DNA of 64,000 nt from Bacteroidota bacterium (GCA_024640885.1 JAHEEC010000006.1:5238-69237); one strand, 5' to 3'; shown: positions 26,868 through 36,101, counted from the first letter of the stretch. Notes: generated by a model from the letters alone, not told the origin. A program made the numbers and translations.

Positions 26868-27843
26868 ATACTTTCTTTATCATCTCATCATACTCCTTTT
26901 TCCAGTCGCTTTGAGAAGTGATGCCGCCACCGCTCTTAAAAACCAGGTGACCCTTGTGCAACTCAATATACCTGATGGCCACTGCAGAATCCAGGTTGCT
27001 GCCGTCAAAATAACCAAAAACACCGGTATAGTATCCCCGTTTATAATTCTCCACCCGGGAAATGATCTCCAGCGTCTTGCGCTTGGGTGCCCCGCAGATG
27101 GACCCGGCAGGGAGAAGTTGAAAAAGCAGGTCACCCAGTGATTCCCTGAAATTTTTTGCAAGCCTGCCGGTGATCTCCGAACTCATTTGCAGCAGCTCGC
27201 CCTGGTGGGTCCTCAGTTTTTCAATGTATTTGAACCGTTTGACCCTGACCTCCGTGGCGACGGTACTCAGATCGTTCCGGATGAGATCCACAATGGTATT
27301 GTGTTCCGCATCCTCCTTTTGGTCAGAAACCAGTGTCCCGTAAGCCCCGGGAAGGCTTGAGTCGATGGTTCCTTTCATGGGGTTGGAGGTGATGGAATTG
27401 CCCTGGATGCAAACAAACCTTTCAGGGCTGAATACCACCAGGTCGTCTTTCAGAATGAGCTTAAAGGGGGCCATGCTTTTGAGGAAGATCTCCATCATGG
27501 AATAATTGGTCTCCACAGGAGTGGGAAAGGTGAGGTTAAGCAGAAAAGTGTTTCCATACCGGATCTCTTCCATCACCTGCAGGAAGGCCCTATGGTAGAT
27601 CTCCGGGTCGGTGGGTCGTGATAGGAATTGCAGGGGATCTCCGGGAACGTCTTCAAAAGCATGGTTCCTGAACCCGGGCATCCGGATGAGGAAGCCTGAC
27701 CTGGACGCCTCCGAAGGAGTTTCCACCCGGTTGTTTTCCCCGTTAAAACTGATCAGGAATACAAATGGAATTCCATCAGCAGCGAAAGCATTGATCCTCT
27801 CAATGGTATCCCTTCGTGATAAGCCAGCTGCTTCCATGCCCAT
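26851..27843 (-). CDS. pabB: aminodeoxychorismate synthase component I (chorismate-binding enzyme, short form)
   Basis: 330 aa. PAGSICGAPKRKTLEII and SGGGITSQS motifs of chorismate-utilising enzymes. Confidence 0.75.
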   Translation of the reverse strand: MGMEAAGLSRRDTIERINAFAADGIPFVFLISFNGENNRVETPSEASRSGFLIRMPGFRNHAFEDVPGDPLQFLSRPTDPEIYHRAFLQVMEEIRYGNTFLLNLTFPTPVETNYSMMEIFLKSMAPFKLILKDDLVVFSPERFVCIQGNSITSNPMKGTIDSSLPGAYGTLVSDQKEDAEHNTIVDLIRNDLSTVATEVRVKRFKYIEKLRTHQGELLQMSSEITGRLAKNFRESLGDLLFQLLPAGSICGAPKRKTLEIISRVENYKRGYYTGVFGYFDGSNLDSAVAIRYIELHKGHLVFKSGGGITSQSDWKKEYDEMIKKVYVPIY

Positions 27844-27846
27844 CTG

Positions 27847-29907
27847 CTATGTGGCCTTCTGGTTCCAATCCAGGGTGATCCGCGCAATGTTGGTGGTGTG
27901 GCTGTCGATGGTGCTTAGCAGCGCCAGCAGCTCCAGGTGTGTTTCGCTGCTTTCGACGGATTCCTTCATTCCCTCGAGGATCCTGGCGTAATGTTGCTTC
28001 TCAAGTTCTTTGGAGAGGTTCCTGTATTCCTTGTGTTTTGATTTCATTTGCGCGGCTTTCTGAAGGTTCATTTCGTCGAAGACCACAAGGACCCGCTTCA
28101 ATTGTTTGTCAATTTTCTCGTGGAATTCGGCCAGCTCTCTCTTTCCTGCCTCCGAAAACTCGTAGGATTTCACCACCCATTTTTCCGCCCTGTTGGCCAG
28201 CCCTCCTGAAATGATATCTGCAATTTTCTCAAATTCATTCATGGAATAGAGCATCTGGAAGGATTCATTCACCCGTTCACTGGTCACCGACTCCCTGTTG
28301 ATGGCCAGGAGGTATTCCTTGATGGCGTCGCGGAGGTAATTCACCTCCTGCTCATGGGTATAGATGGAATTCAGGGACGAGGGATTCTTTTCCAGGAAGG
28401 GGCGAAGGATGAGGGAGTGCATGGTCCTGACGATTGTACCCATCCGGATGATCTCCTGCTTGGCCAGGTTCAGCGCAAGGGAAGGTGTGGGGATCACCCC
28501 GTTGTCAAGGTAAAGCGTGTTGAATGCCACTTTTTCAGGTTCCTTGCGTTTTCCCACCAGCCAATCCACCAACCTTGCCACCTGGGGTGTGATGGGCAGT
28601 ACCACAATCATCAGGACCAGGTTTATGAAAGTATGTGCATTGGCAATGAGCCTTGGAAGAGAAGCATCCGGAGTGAACTGTACCAGGATCTTGCCCAGCT
28701 TAACGGTCCAGCCGGCGAAGATCAATACACTGATGAGTTTTATCACCAGGAATGCTACGGCCACCTTCCTGGCTTCCCTGTTGGTTTTCAGACTGGAAAG
28801 AAGGGCTGTGGCCGTGGTCCCGATGTTCGATCCCAGCAGCAGAGGGATGGATGCATCAAGGGAAAGCAATCCCTGGGATGCCAGTACGATCATGATCCCG
28901 ACGAACGCACTGCTGGACTGGATCACAGCAGTAAAGGCTGCTCCCACCAGGATGCCCAGGAGCGGATTTTCCAGCTTCAGCAGCAGGTCTATGAACGGGC
29001 TCCACTCCCTCAGGGGTGCCATGGCATCGGACATGATATGCATTCCAAAAAACAGGACCCCAAAACCGAAAATCGAAGATCCTGCCGACTTCACCTGCTC
29101 CTTTTTTGAAAAAGCCTGCATGAAAAATCCCGCTGCCACCAGGAGCAGGCTGTATTCGGTGATCTTAAAAGCGATCATCTGGGCAGTGATGGTCGTGCCG
29201 ATGGCAGCGCCCAGCAACACGGGAAGGGTTTGCCTGAATTGAAGCAGATTGGCATTTACAAAACTGACCAGCATGACTGAAGTGGCGCTGCTGCTCTGGA
29301 TGATTGTCGTAACAAGCGTTCCTATCCCTGCTCCCACAATCCGGTTCCGGGTCACATTTTGAAGGATGGAGCGCATGCGCTCCCCTGCGGACTGCTGCAT
29401 TCCCTCGCTCATGGTATGCATCCCGAAGAGGAACAGTCCAAGGCCCCCAAAGAGGCCGATGAGAAGCATGTAAATCCAGTTCTTCCGGCTTGCCCGTGCG
29501 GGATAGATCACCTCGTTATCGGGGAATCCCTCCCTGATCCTGCAGGAGACCCTGTACTCACCCGGTTTTGATCCAAGTTGAAGTGCGGTTTGGGCCAGGC
29601 CTGAAGAGTCGGTAAGAACCAGCATGTCACTGAGCCTGGCACCTTCTGCCTGATCGGGCGCTCCCACGATGCTGAACGCAACCTGTATCCCGGGTACGGG
29701 TGACCCGGTTTGGCCGGTCACCCTCACCTCGATGGATGATTTTAATTGCTGGTTACAGATCCCTGTGCCCTTTACGGGAGTATCGCCGGCCAGGGATATT
29801 GTCAGGTTCCCGGATTGGGAGTCATCTCCTGCTGTGGCAGAATCCTGGGCACTGACCAAGGGCAAAAAAACGGAGAGAAGTAGGATATATGCAAGCAGTC
29901 TGCCCAT
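27847..29907 (-). CDS. Na/Pi cotransporter family protein with C-terminal PhoU-like region and N-terminal Ig-like extracytoplasmic domain
   Basis: 686 aa. Duplicated Na/Pi-cotransporter TM repeats (QSSSATSVM... / QSSSAFVGIM...) and a C-terminal helical PhoU-like part. The N-terminal 130 aa carry a signal peptide plus a beta-rich VRVTGQTGSPVPGIQVAFSIV...GEYRV segment. Confidence 0.85.
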   Translation of the reverse strand: MGRLLAYILLLSVFLPLVSAQDSATAGDDSQSGNLTISLAGDTPVKGTGICNQQLKSSIEVRVTGQTGSPVPGIQVAFSIVGAPDQAEGARLSDMLVLTDSSGLAQTALQLGSKPGEYRVSCRIREGFPDNEVIYPARASRKNWIYMLLIGLFGGLGLFLFGMHTMSEGMQQSAGERMRSILQNVTRNRIVGAGIGTLVTTIIQSSSATSVMLVSFVNANLLQFRQTLPVLLGAAIGTTITAQMIAFKITEYSLLLVAAGFFMQAFSKKEQVKSAGSSIFGFGVLFFGMHIMSDAMAPLREWSPFIDLLLKLENPLLGILVGAAFTAVIQSSSAFVGIMIVLASQGLLSLDASIPLLLGSNIGTTATALLSSLKTNREARKVAVAFLVIKLISVLIFAGWTVKLGKILVQFTPDASLPRLIANAHTFINLVLMIVVLPITPQVARLVDWLVGKRKEPEKVAFNTLYLDNGVIPTPSLALNLAKQEIIRMGTIVRTMHSLILRPFLEKNPSSLNSIYTHEQEVNYLRDAIKEYLLAINRESVTSERVNESFQMLYSMNEFEKIADIISGGLANRAEKWVVKSYEFSEAGKRELAEFHEKIDKQLKRVLVVFDEMNLQKAAQMKSKHKEYRNLSKELEKQHYARILEGMKESVESSETHLELLALLSTIDSHTTNIARITLDWNQKAT

Positions 29908-30032
29908 GTTCCGGAATCTGAGGTTACCAGGTTGATCCCATAAATATACAAATCAATTGCATTCGATTACGCGGGTGCGTCATCAATCAGCACTCCGGGC
30001 ATTTGAGAGGCAACCGGCTGCCCTCCTGTCAC

Positions 30033-30371
30033 CTATCCCAACCTGGCCCCATTCTCAACAGGAAGGTCAGGCACCGCCAGGACCACCGCGCCGTCCTCCC
30101 TGTATAATCCGGTGACCAGGCATTCGGAGAAAAAGGGCCCGATTTGTTTGGGAGGGAAATTTACCACGCAGATGACCTGTTTCCCTTCAAGTTCACCTGC
30201 CTGGTATAACTCCGTGATCTGCACACTTGCCTGTTTGACACCCAGTCCTGCACCAAAGTCAATCTTTAGCTTGAAGGCGGGCTTCCTGGCCTCAGGAAAT
30301 TCTTTTACCTCCAGGACCGTACCCACCCTTAATTCTATTTTCTCAAAATCTGACCAGCTTATTTGATCCAT
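30033..30371 (-). CDS. csaA: tRNA-binding protein (CsaA/EMAP-type OB fold)
   Basis: 112 aa. KIELRVGTVLEVKEFPEARKPAFKLKIDFG is typical of CsaA. Confidence 0.85.
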   Translation of the reverse strand: MDQISWSDFEKIELRVGTVLEVKEFPEARKPAFKLKIDFGAGLGVKQASVQITELYQAGELEGKQVICVVNFPPKQIGPFFSECLVTGLYREDGAVVLAVPDLPVENGARLG

Positions 30372-30407
30372 AATTTTCGTGGCTAATTACTTTGAAATTG
30401 AATCACT

Positions 30408-32096
30408 TCAGGGATTTGCATATCCGCCGCTCAATAAATTGCACACAGCGGCAAGATAACTGTCCCTTCCCTGGATGACGTCATCCACCGTGGTTTCCAC
30501 CCTTAAATCCACGGGGAAGGGCGCCCCGGGTGTGAAACCGGATACGGCGGTCTCAAAGGTGGTCCTGGGAATGTTCACCTGGATCCCCGTGTTTGGCAGG
30601 GTGATCCTGAGGCTGAAATCATTGCAGCTGAACGAACTCCCGGGTTCCTCGCCGATAAAAATTGCACCGGTATGGTACTTCAGAAGTGAGATCAGGTGGC
30701 CGGTGGTTGAAAGGCAGCCTCCGTTTACCAGTGCATAGAGGTTCCCGTGATAATGAAACGGGCTGGGTTGCATCAATCCGTAAAGCGGTTCAAATGCTTC
30801 CACCTCCGGATTGCGGTTGAAGTAGGTAAATTCATGGTCAGTCAAATAGGAAAACAACTGGGCGGCAAAGATGGGATGACCTCCGGGATTGCCCCTCAGG
30901 TCCAGGATCAGGTTGGGAATGCGCTCCTGCTCCAGTCGCCTGAAAACGCGATCCATGTCCATGATAAAACCATTGATATCACCGATCTCAAAGGATGATA
31001 CCCTGAGGGTCGCCATTGCCGTGGTTTCATCAGTATAAAACCCCCACGGTTCCCCGGGCGCAGGAATTCCAGGCACAGGCGCCAGTTCATTGAAACGGCG
31101 GGCCTGTAAAACTGCGGTACCCCCGGAAGAGGGTGTGAGAAATTCCACTTCGAAAGATCCAGAGCCATCCACCAGGTTGAAATAGGTATGGAAGTTCCGG
31201 TTCAATTCATGGAATTTTGCGGTCATGCAGTCACCTTCCGAAGGGATGAAAGCGAGCATTTCAACCACGATCTGGTGGATCGGTACCCCATTAATTCGCA
31301 TCACTTCACTGCCTGCGGGTACGCCTGTCCCTGGTGAAGCGCACCACGCTGAATATCCATCCGGGCCATTTAAGAACAGCAGGTTCAGTGGCATGAAATT
31401 GCCATGTGCCTGCAACAGCTGCATATAATGCTCCGGAAGCCGTATTCCTGTATGGCTGCACCTGATCATTTCAGTCAGAGGTGCAAGAAGTCTATAGTAA
31501 TCTTCCAGGGTCAACCCTGAATTCAGGCTTTTCAACACGTGATCCTGCCCATCGATCATCATTTGCTCAGTGCAGTAGCGGTGTAGCCGGGGATGATAGG
31601 CCTGGAGGTTTTCCATAAGGAACATCAGGTCAGCGGTTAATCCTTCTACCGGGTAAAGATTCTGTTTCAATTCCAGGTAGGATTCCGGAGAATCAGGTGC
31701 TGCTCCTTCGGAATTGCCGGCTTTTCGGACCAGCAGGGGATGTCGGGATCCGTCAGGAAAGATGAAGTGGCCCGATAATTCAGAATAATCCTTGTTAAAA
31801 GAACCTTCGAATCCGGTCTCTTTGGCTTCAATCCGGAAGGTGAGGTTGCCATTGTCAATGCGAACCGAGGAGATTGGATCATCCTGGATGATGTTTTCTC
31901 CGCTAAACATAAGGATCTTCCCTTCTAATCTATTTTCCTGGGGGGAGCGCAGTTCGATCACTGTCCTGAAGTCCCCCATAAATTTACCTTCCCAGCTGCC
32001 GGCAGCCTGATCCTGGGAATTTGCTTCAGGAGTCCCCAGGCAAAGGATCAGGAGAGCCAACACCAGGTGGTGAATAACTGGTGTTCTCGTTTTCAT
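30408..32096 (-). CDS. S41 family peptidase, secreted
   Basis: 562 aa with a signal peptide. LILDLRGNPGGH is the S41 active-site region. Its ATG overlaps the stop of the upstream MotA-like gene (ATGA). Confidence 0.8.
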   Translation of the reverse strand: MKTRTPVIHHLVLALLILCLGTPEANSQDQAAGSWEGKFMGDFRTVIELRSPQENRLEGKILMFSGENIIQDDPISSVRIDNGNLTFRIEAKETGFEGSFNKDYSELSGHFIFPDGSRHPLLVRKAGNSEGAAPDSPESYLELKQNLYPVEGLTADLMFLMENLQAYHPRLHRYCTEQMMIDGQDHVLKSLNSGLTLEDYYRLLAPLTEMIRCSHTGIRLPEHYMQLLQAHGNFMPLNLLFLNGPDGYSAWCASPGTGVPAGSEVMRINGVPIHQIVVEMLAFIPSEGDCMTAKFHELNRNFHTYFNLVDGSGSFEVEFLTPSSGGTAVLQARRFNELAPVPGIPAPGEPWGFYTDETTAMATLRVSSFEIGDINGFIMDMDRVFRRLEQERIPNLILDLRGNPGGHPIFAAQLFSYLTDHEFTYFNRNPEVEAFEPLYGLMQPSPFHYHGNLYALVNGGCLSTTGHLISLLKYHTGAIFIGEEPGSSFSCNDFSLRITLPNTGIQVNIPRTTFETAVSGFTPGAPFPVDLRVETTVDDVIQGRDSYLAAVCNLLSGGYANP

Positions 32097-32500
32097 GACT
32101 CTGTTTTTTTGTGATACCAGAGGTCAAGCAGGAACCATATGACTATGGAAATAAGATAAATCAATATCCCGTAGAGGGTGGTGATCATGGAAACTTTCAA
32201 CCCGCCAGCGAGCATGGCCGGTGAGATGTCACCCACCCGTTCAATGGCTTTGAAAGCATCCATCAATCCGATCAACTGTCCAAGGATTCCGGTAATCATT
32301 GTAAAGAGCCCTACAGATTTCAGGTAGGTAAGCTGGTGTCCGAAGTTCTTCTTTCCGGCGGCTTTCCCGGAGGAGATTGCAATGGTGAAATAGACAGAGA
32401 TTATAACCAGGATTAGTAATAAGCAGGTCAGTATACCCATGAACAGGGGACCCCCCATGTAAAACAATTGTGCCATCATATAAAGTATTAAGTGAAACAT
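32093..32500 (-). CDS. MotA/TolQ/ExbB proton-channel family protein, minimal form
   Basis: 135 aa, 3 TM. GILGQLIGLMDAFKAI and AGGLKVSMITTLYGIL match the two conserved ExbB/TolQ C-terminal motifs. A start at M8 (32479) is possible. Confidence 0.7.
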   Translation of the reverse strand: MFHLILYMMAQLFYMGGPLFMGILTCLLLILVIISVYFTIAISSGKAAGKKNFGHQLTYLKSVGLFTMITGILGQLIGLMDAFKAIERVGDISPAMLAGGLKVSMITTLYGILIYLISIVIWFLLDLWYHKKTES

Positions 32501-32510
32501 AAATTTGTAT

Positions 32511-32518
32511 CAAAGTTA
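32511..32518 (-). promoter_or_regulatory. candidate -7 box TAacTTTG for the MotA-like/S41 operon
   Basis: The minus strand reads TTG-N20-TAACTTTG, ending 10 nt upstream of ATG 32500. This implies a very short leader, or use of the M8 start. Confidence 0.4.
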
Positions 32519-32626
32519 GGCTGACAGCGGGTTTGAGGCAAGGTCGAATCCGTTCCGAAACCTGCTTTCTGTCGACGATCCATCCCGGGGAAAACATTTT
32601 TTACGATATTTAATGATCCAATTGAA

Positions 32627-33382
32627 ATGAAAACCTACCAGCACATTCTTTTCTGGATTATTGTCTACGGTTCCCTGACGCTGATCTTTGCCAACTGGTT
32701 TGGTGGGCACGTGGAGGCCTTCTATTTTGTATCCCTGCTCCTGCCGGTGGTCATCGGGACCTCTTACTTCTTCAATTATTATCTGGTTCCCCGCTTCCTC
32801 TTCACCAGGAAATTCAGGAAGTTCGTCATCTACTCACTTTACATGCTGGTGGTATCACTCTGTCTTGAGTTGCTGGCCAGTGTGTGCGCCATGCTGTTGA
32901 TCGTCTATTTCGGGATCAACCGTGCAGGTCCGCTGGTCACTGACGTCTTCACCCTGGCTGTGATCCTCTACTTCATTGTGTTGTTCAAATCCTTTATCCT
33001 GCTGATCAAGCACTATTTTGTGGACCAGCGGGCCATACAGCTGCTGGAGGAAGAGCAAATGAAAATGGAAGCCGGATATTTTACAGTGCGCTCAAACAGG
33101 AAGAACTCAAAAATTACCTATGATGAGGTGATCTATATTGAGAGCCTGGCCGATTATATCAGGATTCATATGGCCGATGGCTCTTCCATCACTTCCAAGG
33201 AGAAGATCAGCCGTATGGACAATATGCTGCCGGAATCCTTCCTGAGAATTCACAGGTCCTTCATTGTGAACCTGGCGAAGGTCTCGGGTTTTTCAAGAGA
33301 ATTTATAGAAATGGGCGGCAAGGAGCTTCCCGTCAGCCGCACCTACAGAAAAACTGTGATAGAAAAGTTACACAAGGATTAG
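32627..33382 (+). CDS. membrane-anchored LytTR family DNA-binding protein
   Basis: 251 aa. About 4 N-terminal TM helices are followed by a LytTR domain (VIYIESLADYIRIHM...FLRIHRSFIVN). No receiver domain. Confidence 0.85.
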   Translation: MKTYQHILFWIIVYGSLTLIFANWFGGHVEAFYFVSLLLPVVIGTSYFFNYYLVPRFLFTRKFRKFVIYSLYMLVVSLCLELLASVCAMLLIVYFGINRAGPLVTDVFTLAVILYFIVLFKSFILLIKHYFVDQRAIQLLEEEQMKMEAGYFTVRSNRKNSKITYDEVIYIESLADYIRIHMADGSSITSKEKISRMDNMLPESFLRIHRSFIVNLAKVSGFSREFIEMGGKELPVSRTYRKTVIEKLHKD

Positions 33383-33395
33383 TCAGGACTCTTTT

Positions 33396-33923
33396 TCACT
33401 CCTCCAGGACCTTGGCCTCTTCCCGGTTCAGTTTCGCCAGTCTGATCACCTTCTCCCTGGTTACTGTATTCATTGAAAGCACCAGGATACAGAGAAGGAA
33501 GATGACCAATTGCTTTGCATCCTGTAACAGGATCATTCCAACGATGGCGAAGATCGCTGTTCCTTCGATCATGGCCCACCGGATGATCATGGCGGTCTGG
33601 AACTGCTCGAATTTTTTTGAAAAAGGGTCGGCAGGATCAATGGCTTCCATCTTTCTGCTGGAAATCGAGTATCCTGCCGGGATGGCACCAAGCAAGAGGA
33701 GATTGACAATGGTCAGCACATCCAGTTCATCATGGAAGCTCGGGATCTTCATTCCATTAAGGTATACCCCCACCATCAAAAAGAACAGCAGCCCGGTGTT
33801 GAGGGAGTAAAATATGATCCGCAGGACCCTGTATGCCATTCGTGGATTAAATTGCGGTGTGATCATCTTTCTGAGATTGACGTATAAAAATACTGAAATG
33901 TCACCAAATAGGAGATGATCCAT
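33396..33923 (-). CDS. hypothetical membrane protein
   Basis: 175 aa with 4 hydrophobic segments. No recognisable domain. Confidence 0.5.
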   Translation of the reverse strand: MDHLLFGDISVFLYVNLRKMITPQFNPRMAYRVLRIIFYSLNTGLLFFLMVGVYLNGMKIPSFHDELDVLTIVNLLLLGAIPAGYSISSRKMEAIDPADPFSKKFEQFQTAMIIRWAMIEGTAIFAIVGMILLQDAKQLVIFLLCILVLSMNTVTREKVIRLAKLNREEAKVLEE

Positions 33924-34006
33924 GAAGAAAAGATTTTTACGGAAAATGTATTTTGCAATTGAATCTTTCTAACTTAGATTAATCATCATTTAATCATATA
34001 AGCGCT

Positions 34007-34321
34007 TTGGCTCCCATTTCTTCACATCAGGCAGGCATCTCACACCAGGAACTTAAGGAAGCCATTCCGGAAAGCCTCCTGAAGAAAAATGTACATCTGC
34101 ACTGGATTGATAAATCTGTGGCTGGAGACGGGATTTATACCCTTCTCGCGAAAATTGAGATAGACGGACAAATGCTGCTGCTCAGGAGCAAGACCAGCGA
34201 CAAATTGCTTATAAATGACTGGAACGTGGATAATCCCACCTATCATACAAATGCCCGCCTGGTGGCCCTGGAAAGGATCCTGACTGATCCGGCCAATGAA
34301 GACATGTTGCTCTCTCTCTGA
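34007..34321 (+). CDS. hypothetical protein (TTG start)
   Basis: 104-aa ORF whose only N-terminal start is TTG. Codon choice (ctg, gcc, gaa, aag) resembles neighbouring genes. An antisense ATG ORF of similar length exists (34040-34324). Confidence 0.35.
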   Translation: MAPISSHQAGISHQELKEAIPESLLKKNVHLHWIDKSVAGDGIYTLLAKIEIDGQMLLLRSKTSDKLLINDWNVDNPTYHTNARLVALERILTDPANEDMLLSL

Positions 34322-34416
34322 CATGTCCCTCCTAAATGATTATTCTGCAGGGGGAGGTGGCAATGTTAAAATTATTAAATCCCACTGGATCCCGCCACAA
34401 ATCACTCCCTGATTTG

Positions 34417-34440
34417 TTATGTGAATAGCCTTTCACATAA
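34417..34440. promoter_or_regulatory. perfect inverted repeat TTATGTGA-N8-TCACATAA upstream of ldhA
   Basis: The 8+8 nt arms are perfectly complementary and end 14 nt before ATG 34455. The core TGTGA/TCACA resembles Crp/Fnr-type half-sites, but with N8 spacing. Confidence 0.35.
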
Positions 34441-34454
34441 AGCGACATCATCCC

Positions 34455-35447
34455 ATGAAAATTGCATTGTTCAGTTCAATGTCCTATGATTCAGAATATT
34501 TTTCAAGCGCCAACCAGGAATTTGGCCACGAAATAACCCATTTCGAAGCCCGGCTAAGGGAAAGGACCGCCCATCTTGCGGATGGTTTTGATGCGGTTTG
34601 CGTTTTTGTGAACGATGTGGTAGATAGGGAAACCATCCGGATTCTGAAGGATTTGGAGGTGAAGGGAGTGGCACTGCGTTGCGCGGGTTTCAACAATGTG
34701 GACCTGGAAGCGGCGGAGTCCGCCGGACTCAGGGTGGTCAGGGTCCCGGCCTATTCCCCCCGCTCTGTGTCGGAACACGCCCTCGCTCTGATCCTGACCC
34801 TGGGCCGTAAAACCCATAAAGCTTATAACCGGGTACGGGAGGGGAACTTTTCCCTGGAACGGCTTACCGGGTTTGAAGTGGGTGGAAAAACCGTGGGGGT
34901 CATAGGAACCGGGAAGATCGGCGGATCGTTTGCCCGGATCATGTCTGGGATGGGGTGCAATGTACTTGCATACGATAAGCTGCCGGATGAATCACTTGCA
35001 AATGCGGGGATTGCATATGTGGGCCTTGAGGGACTGCTGTCGGAGTCGGATATCGTATCGCTCCATTGTCCGCTTAACGCCGAAACTACCTATATGATCA
35101 ACCGGGAGACCCTTGCCCTGATGAAGCCCGGGGCAATGTTGATCAATACGGGCAGGGGGGCCCTGATCAATACCAACGACGTGATCCTCTCCCTGAAGGA
35201 GAAGCACCTGGGTTACCTGGGCATCGATGTATATGAACAGGAGGAAAAGCTATTCTTCAGGGATCGCTCGGAGGAGATCCTGCAGGATGACCAGATTGCC
35301 AGGCTGATGACCTTTCCTAATGTGCTGATCACCGCGCACCAGGCCTTTTTTACCCACGAAGCCCTTGAAGAGATCGCCGAAACAACGCTCCGCAATCTTA
35401 AAGAGATGGAAGAGGGCAGGACACTTGTGAATGAAGTAAGGGTGTAA
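34455..35447 (+). CDS. ldhA: D-lactate dehydrogenase (2-hydroxyacid dehydrogenase family)
   Basis: 330 aa. The N-terminus MKIALFSSMSYDSEYF... is colinear with E. coli LdhA as I recall it. VGVIGTGKIGGSFA, LINTGRGALI, GIDVYEQE and ITAHQAFFT motifs. Confidence 0.85.
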   Translation: MKIALFSSMSYDSEYFSSANQEFGHEITHFEARLRERTAHLADGFDAVCVFVNDVVDRETIRILKDLEVKGVALRCAGFNNVDLEAAESAGLRVVRVPAYSPRSVSEHALALILTLGRKTHKAYNRVREGNFSLERLTGFEVGGKTVGVIGTGKIGGSFARIMSGMGCNVLAYDKLPDESLANAGIAYVGLEGLLSESDIVSLHCPLNAETTYMINRETLALMKPGAMLINTGRGALINTNDVILSLKEKHLGYLGIDVYEQEEKLFFRDRSEEILQDDQIARLMTFPNVLITAHQAFFTHEALEEIAETTLRNLKEMEEGRTLVNEVRV

Positions 35448-35686
35448 GGATGTCGCCTGGCCTGGCCATATACCAAAGTGCCTCCCCGCATGAGAGTTTA
35501 CGGTAATGGGTTAATCCGACAGCCATTTGGAAATATATGGGATGTCTTATCCTTTGCATAAAAATCATTCTTCCTGGCAATCACGTCACGTGGGGATCAA
35601 GGATCAATAGATAATCAACAAAAGGCTTGACTTTCTGTAAGATAAGGGGGTAACTTATTGTTGAATAACCCTCAAAATCATTTATC

Positions 35687-36101
35687 ATGAGAAAATTATT
35701 TATTTTTTTTGCCCTCCTCCTGTTCGCAGGAACTGCGTTTGGACAAACCCTTCATAAGGGCGGAATGATTGCTGTACATGAAACCACTTTGACCCTTCAG
35801 CCCGATGTAACCATGGATCAATATTTGGATTTTTTAACGAACAAATGGTATCCTGAAATAAACAAACTTTTAAAAGGGGCCACTATATTTGGATTGGCAG
35901 GCGACTGTGGAGAAAATGAAAGGAGGCATTGCTACCCTGGTTTATTGTGAATCCAAGGCAGCCAGGGACAAATACTGGCCAGGAGACGGAAGCGGGAGTG
36001 AAGAATGGTCCGGGATTCTGCAAAAAATGCAACCGCTGTTGGAAGAGATGGGAAAATTGGGAACATACACCACCGTTTTCACTGAATGGCTGATATTATA
36101 G
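35687..36101 (+). pseudogene. small secreted protein gene split by a 1-nt frameshift (or sequencing error)
   Basis: ORF A (35687-35950, signal peptide MRKLFIFFALLLFAGTAFG) and ORF B (35889-36101) overlap in frames +0/+1. Removing one A from the A4 run at 35913-35916 joins them into one ORF of about 137 aa (...FGLAGDCGEMKGGIATLVYCES...). Confidence 0.5.

Noticed and set aside
28354-29242. 251-aa and 241-aa plus-strand ORFs inside the Na/Pi transporter gene. Similar long antisense ORFs lie at 36962-37900 (asmA), 47090-47921 (rny), 42489-43142 (ADH/anmK), 17928-18638 (propeller) and 56150-56764 (dnaA).
   Set aside because: All lie antisense to genes with clear family motifs. They have no motifs of their own, and their composition is typical of reverse-frame translation.
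34040-34324. 94-aa minus-strand ATG ORF antisense to the TTG-initiated 104-aa ORF
   Set aside because: Codon usage by eye favours the plus frame. Neither ORF has a recognisable motif, so the locus remains low confidence and I did not call the antisense ORF.
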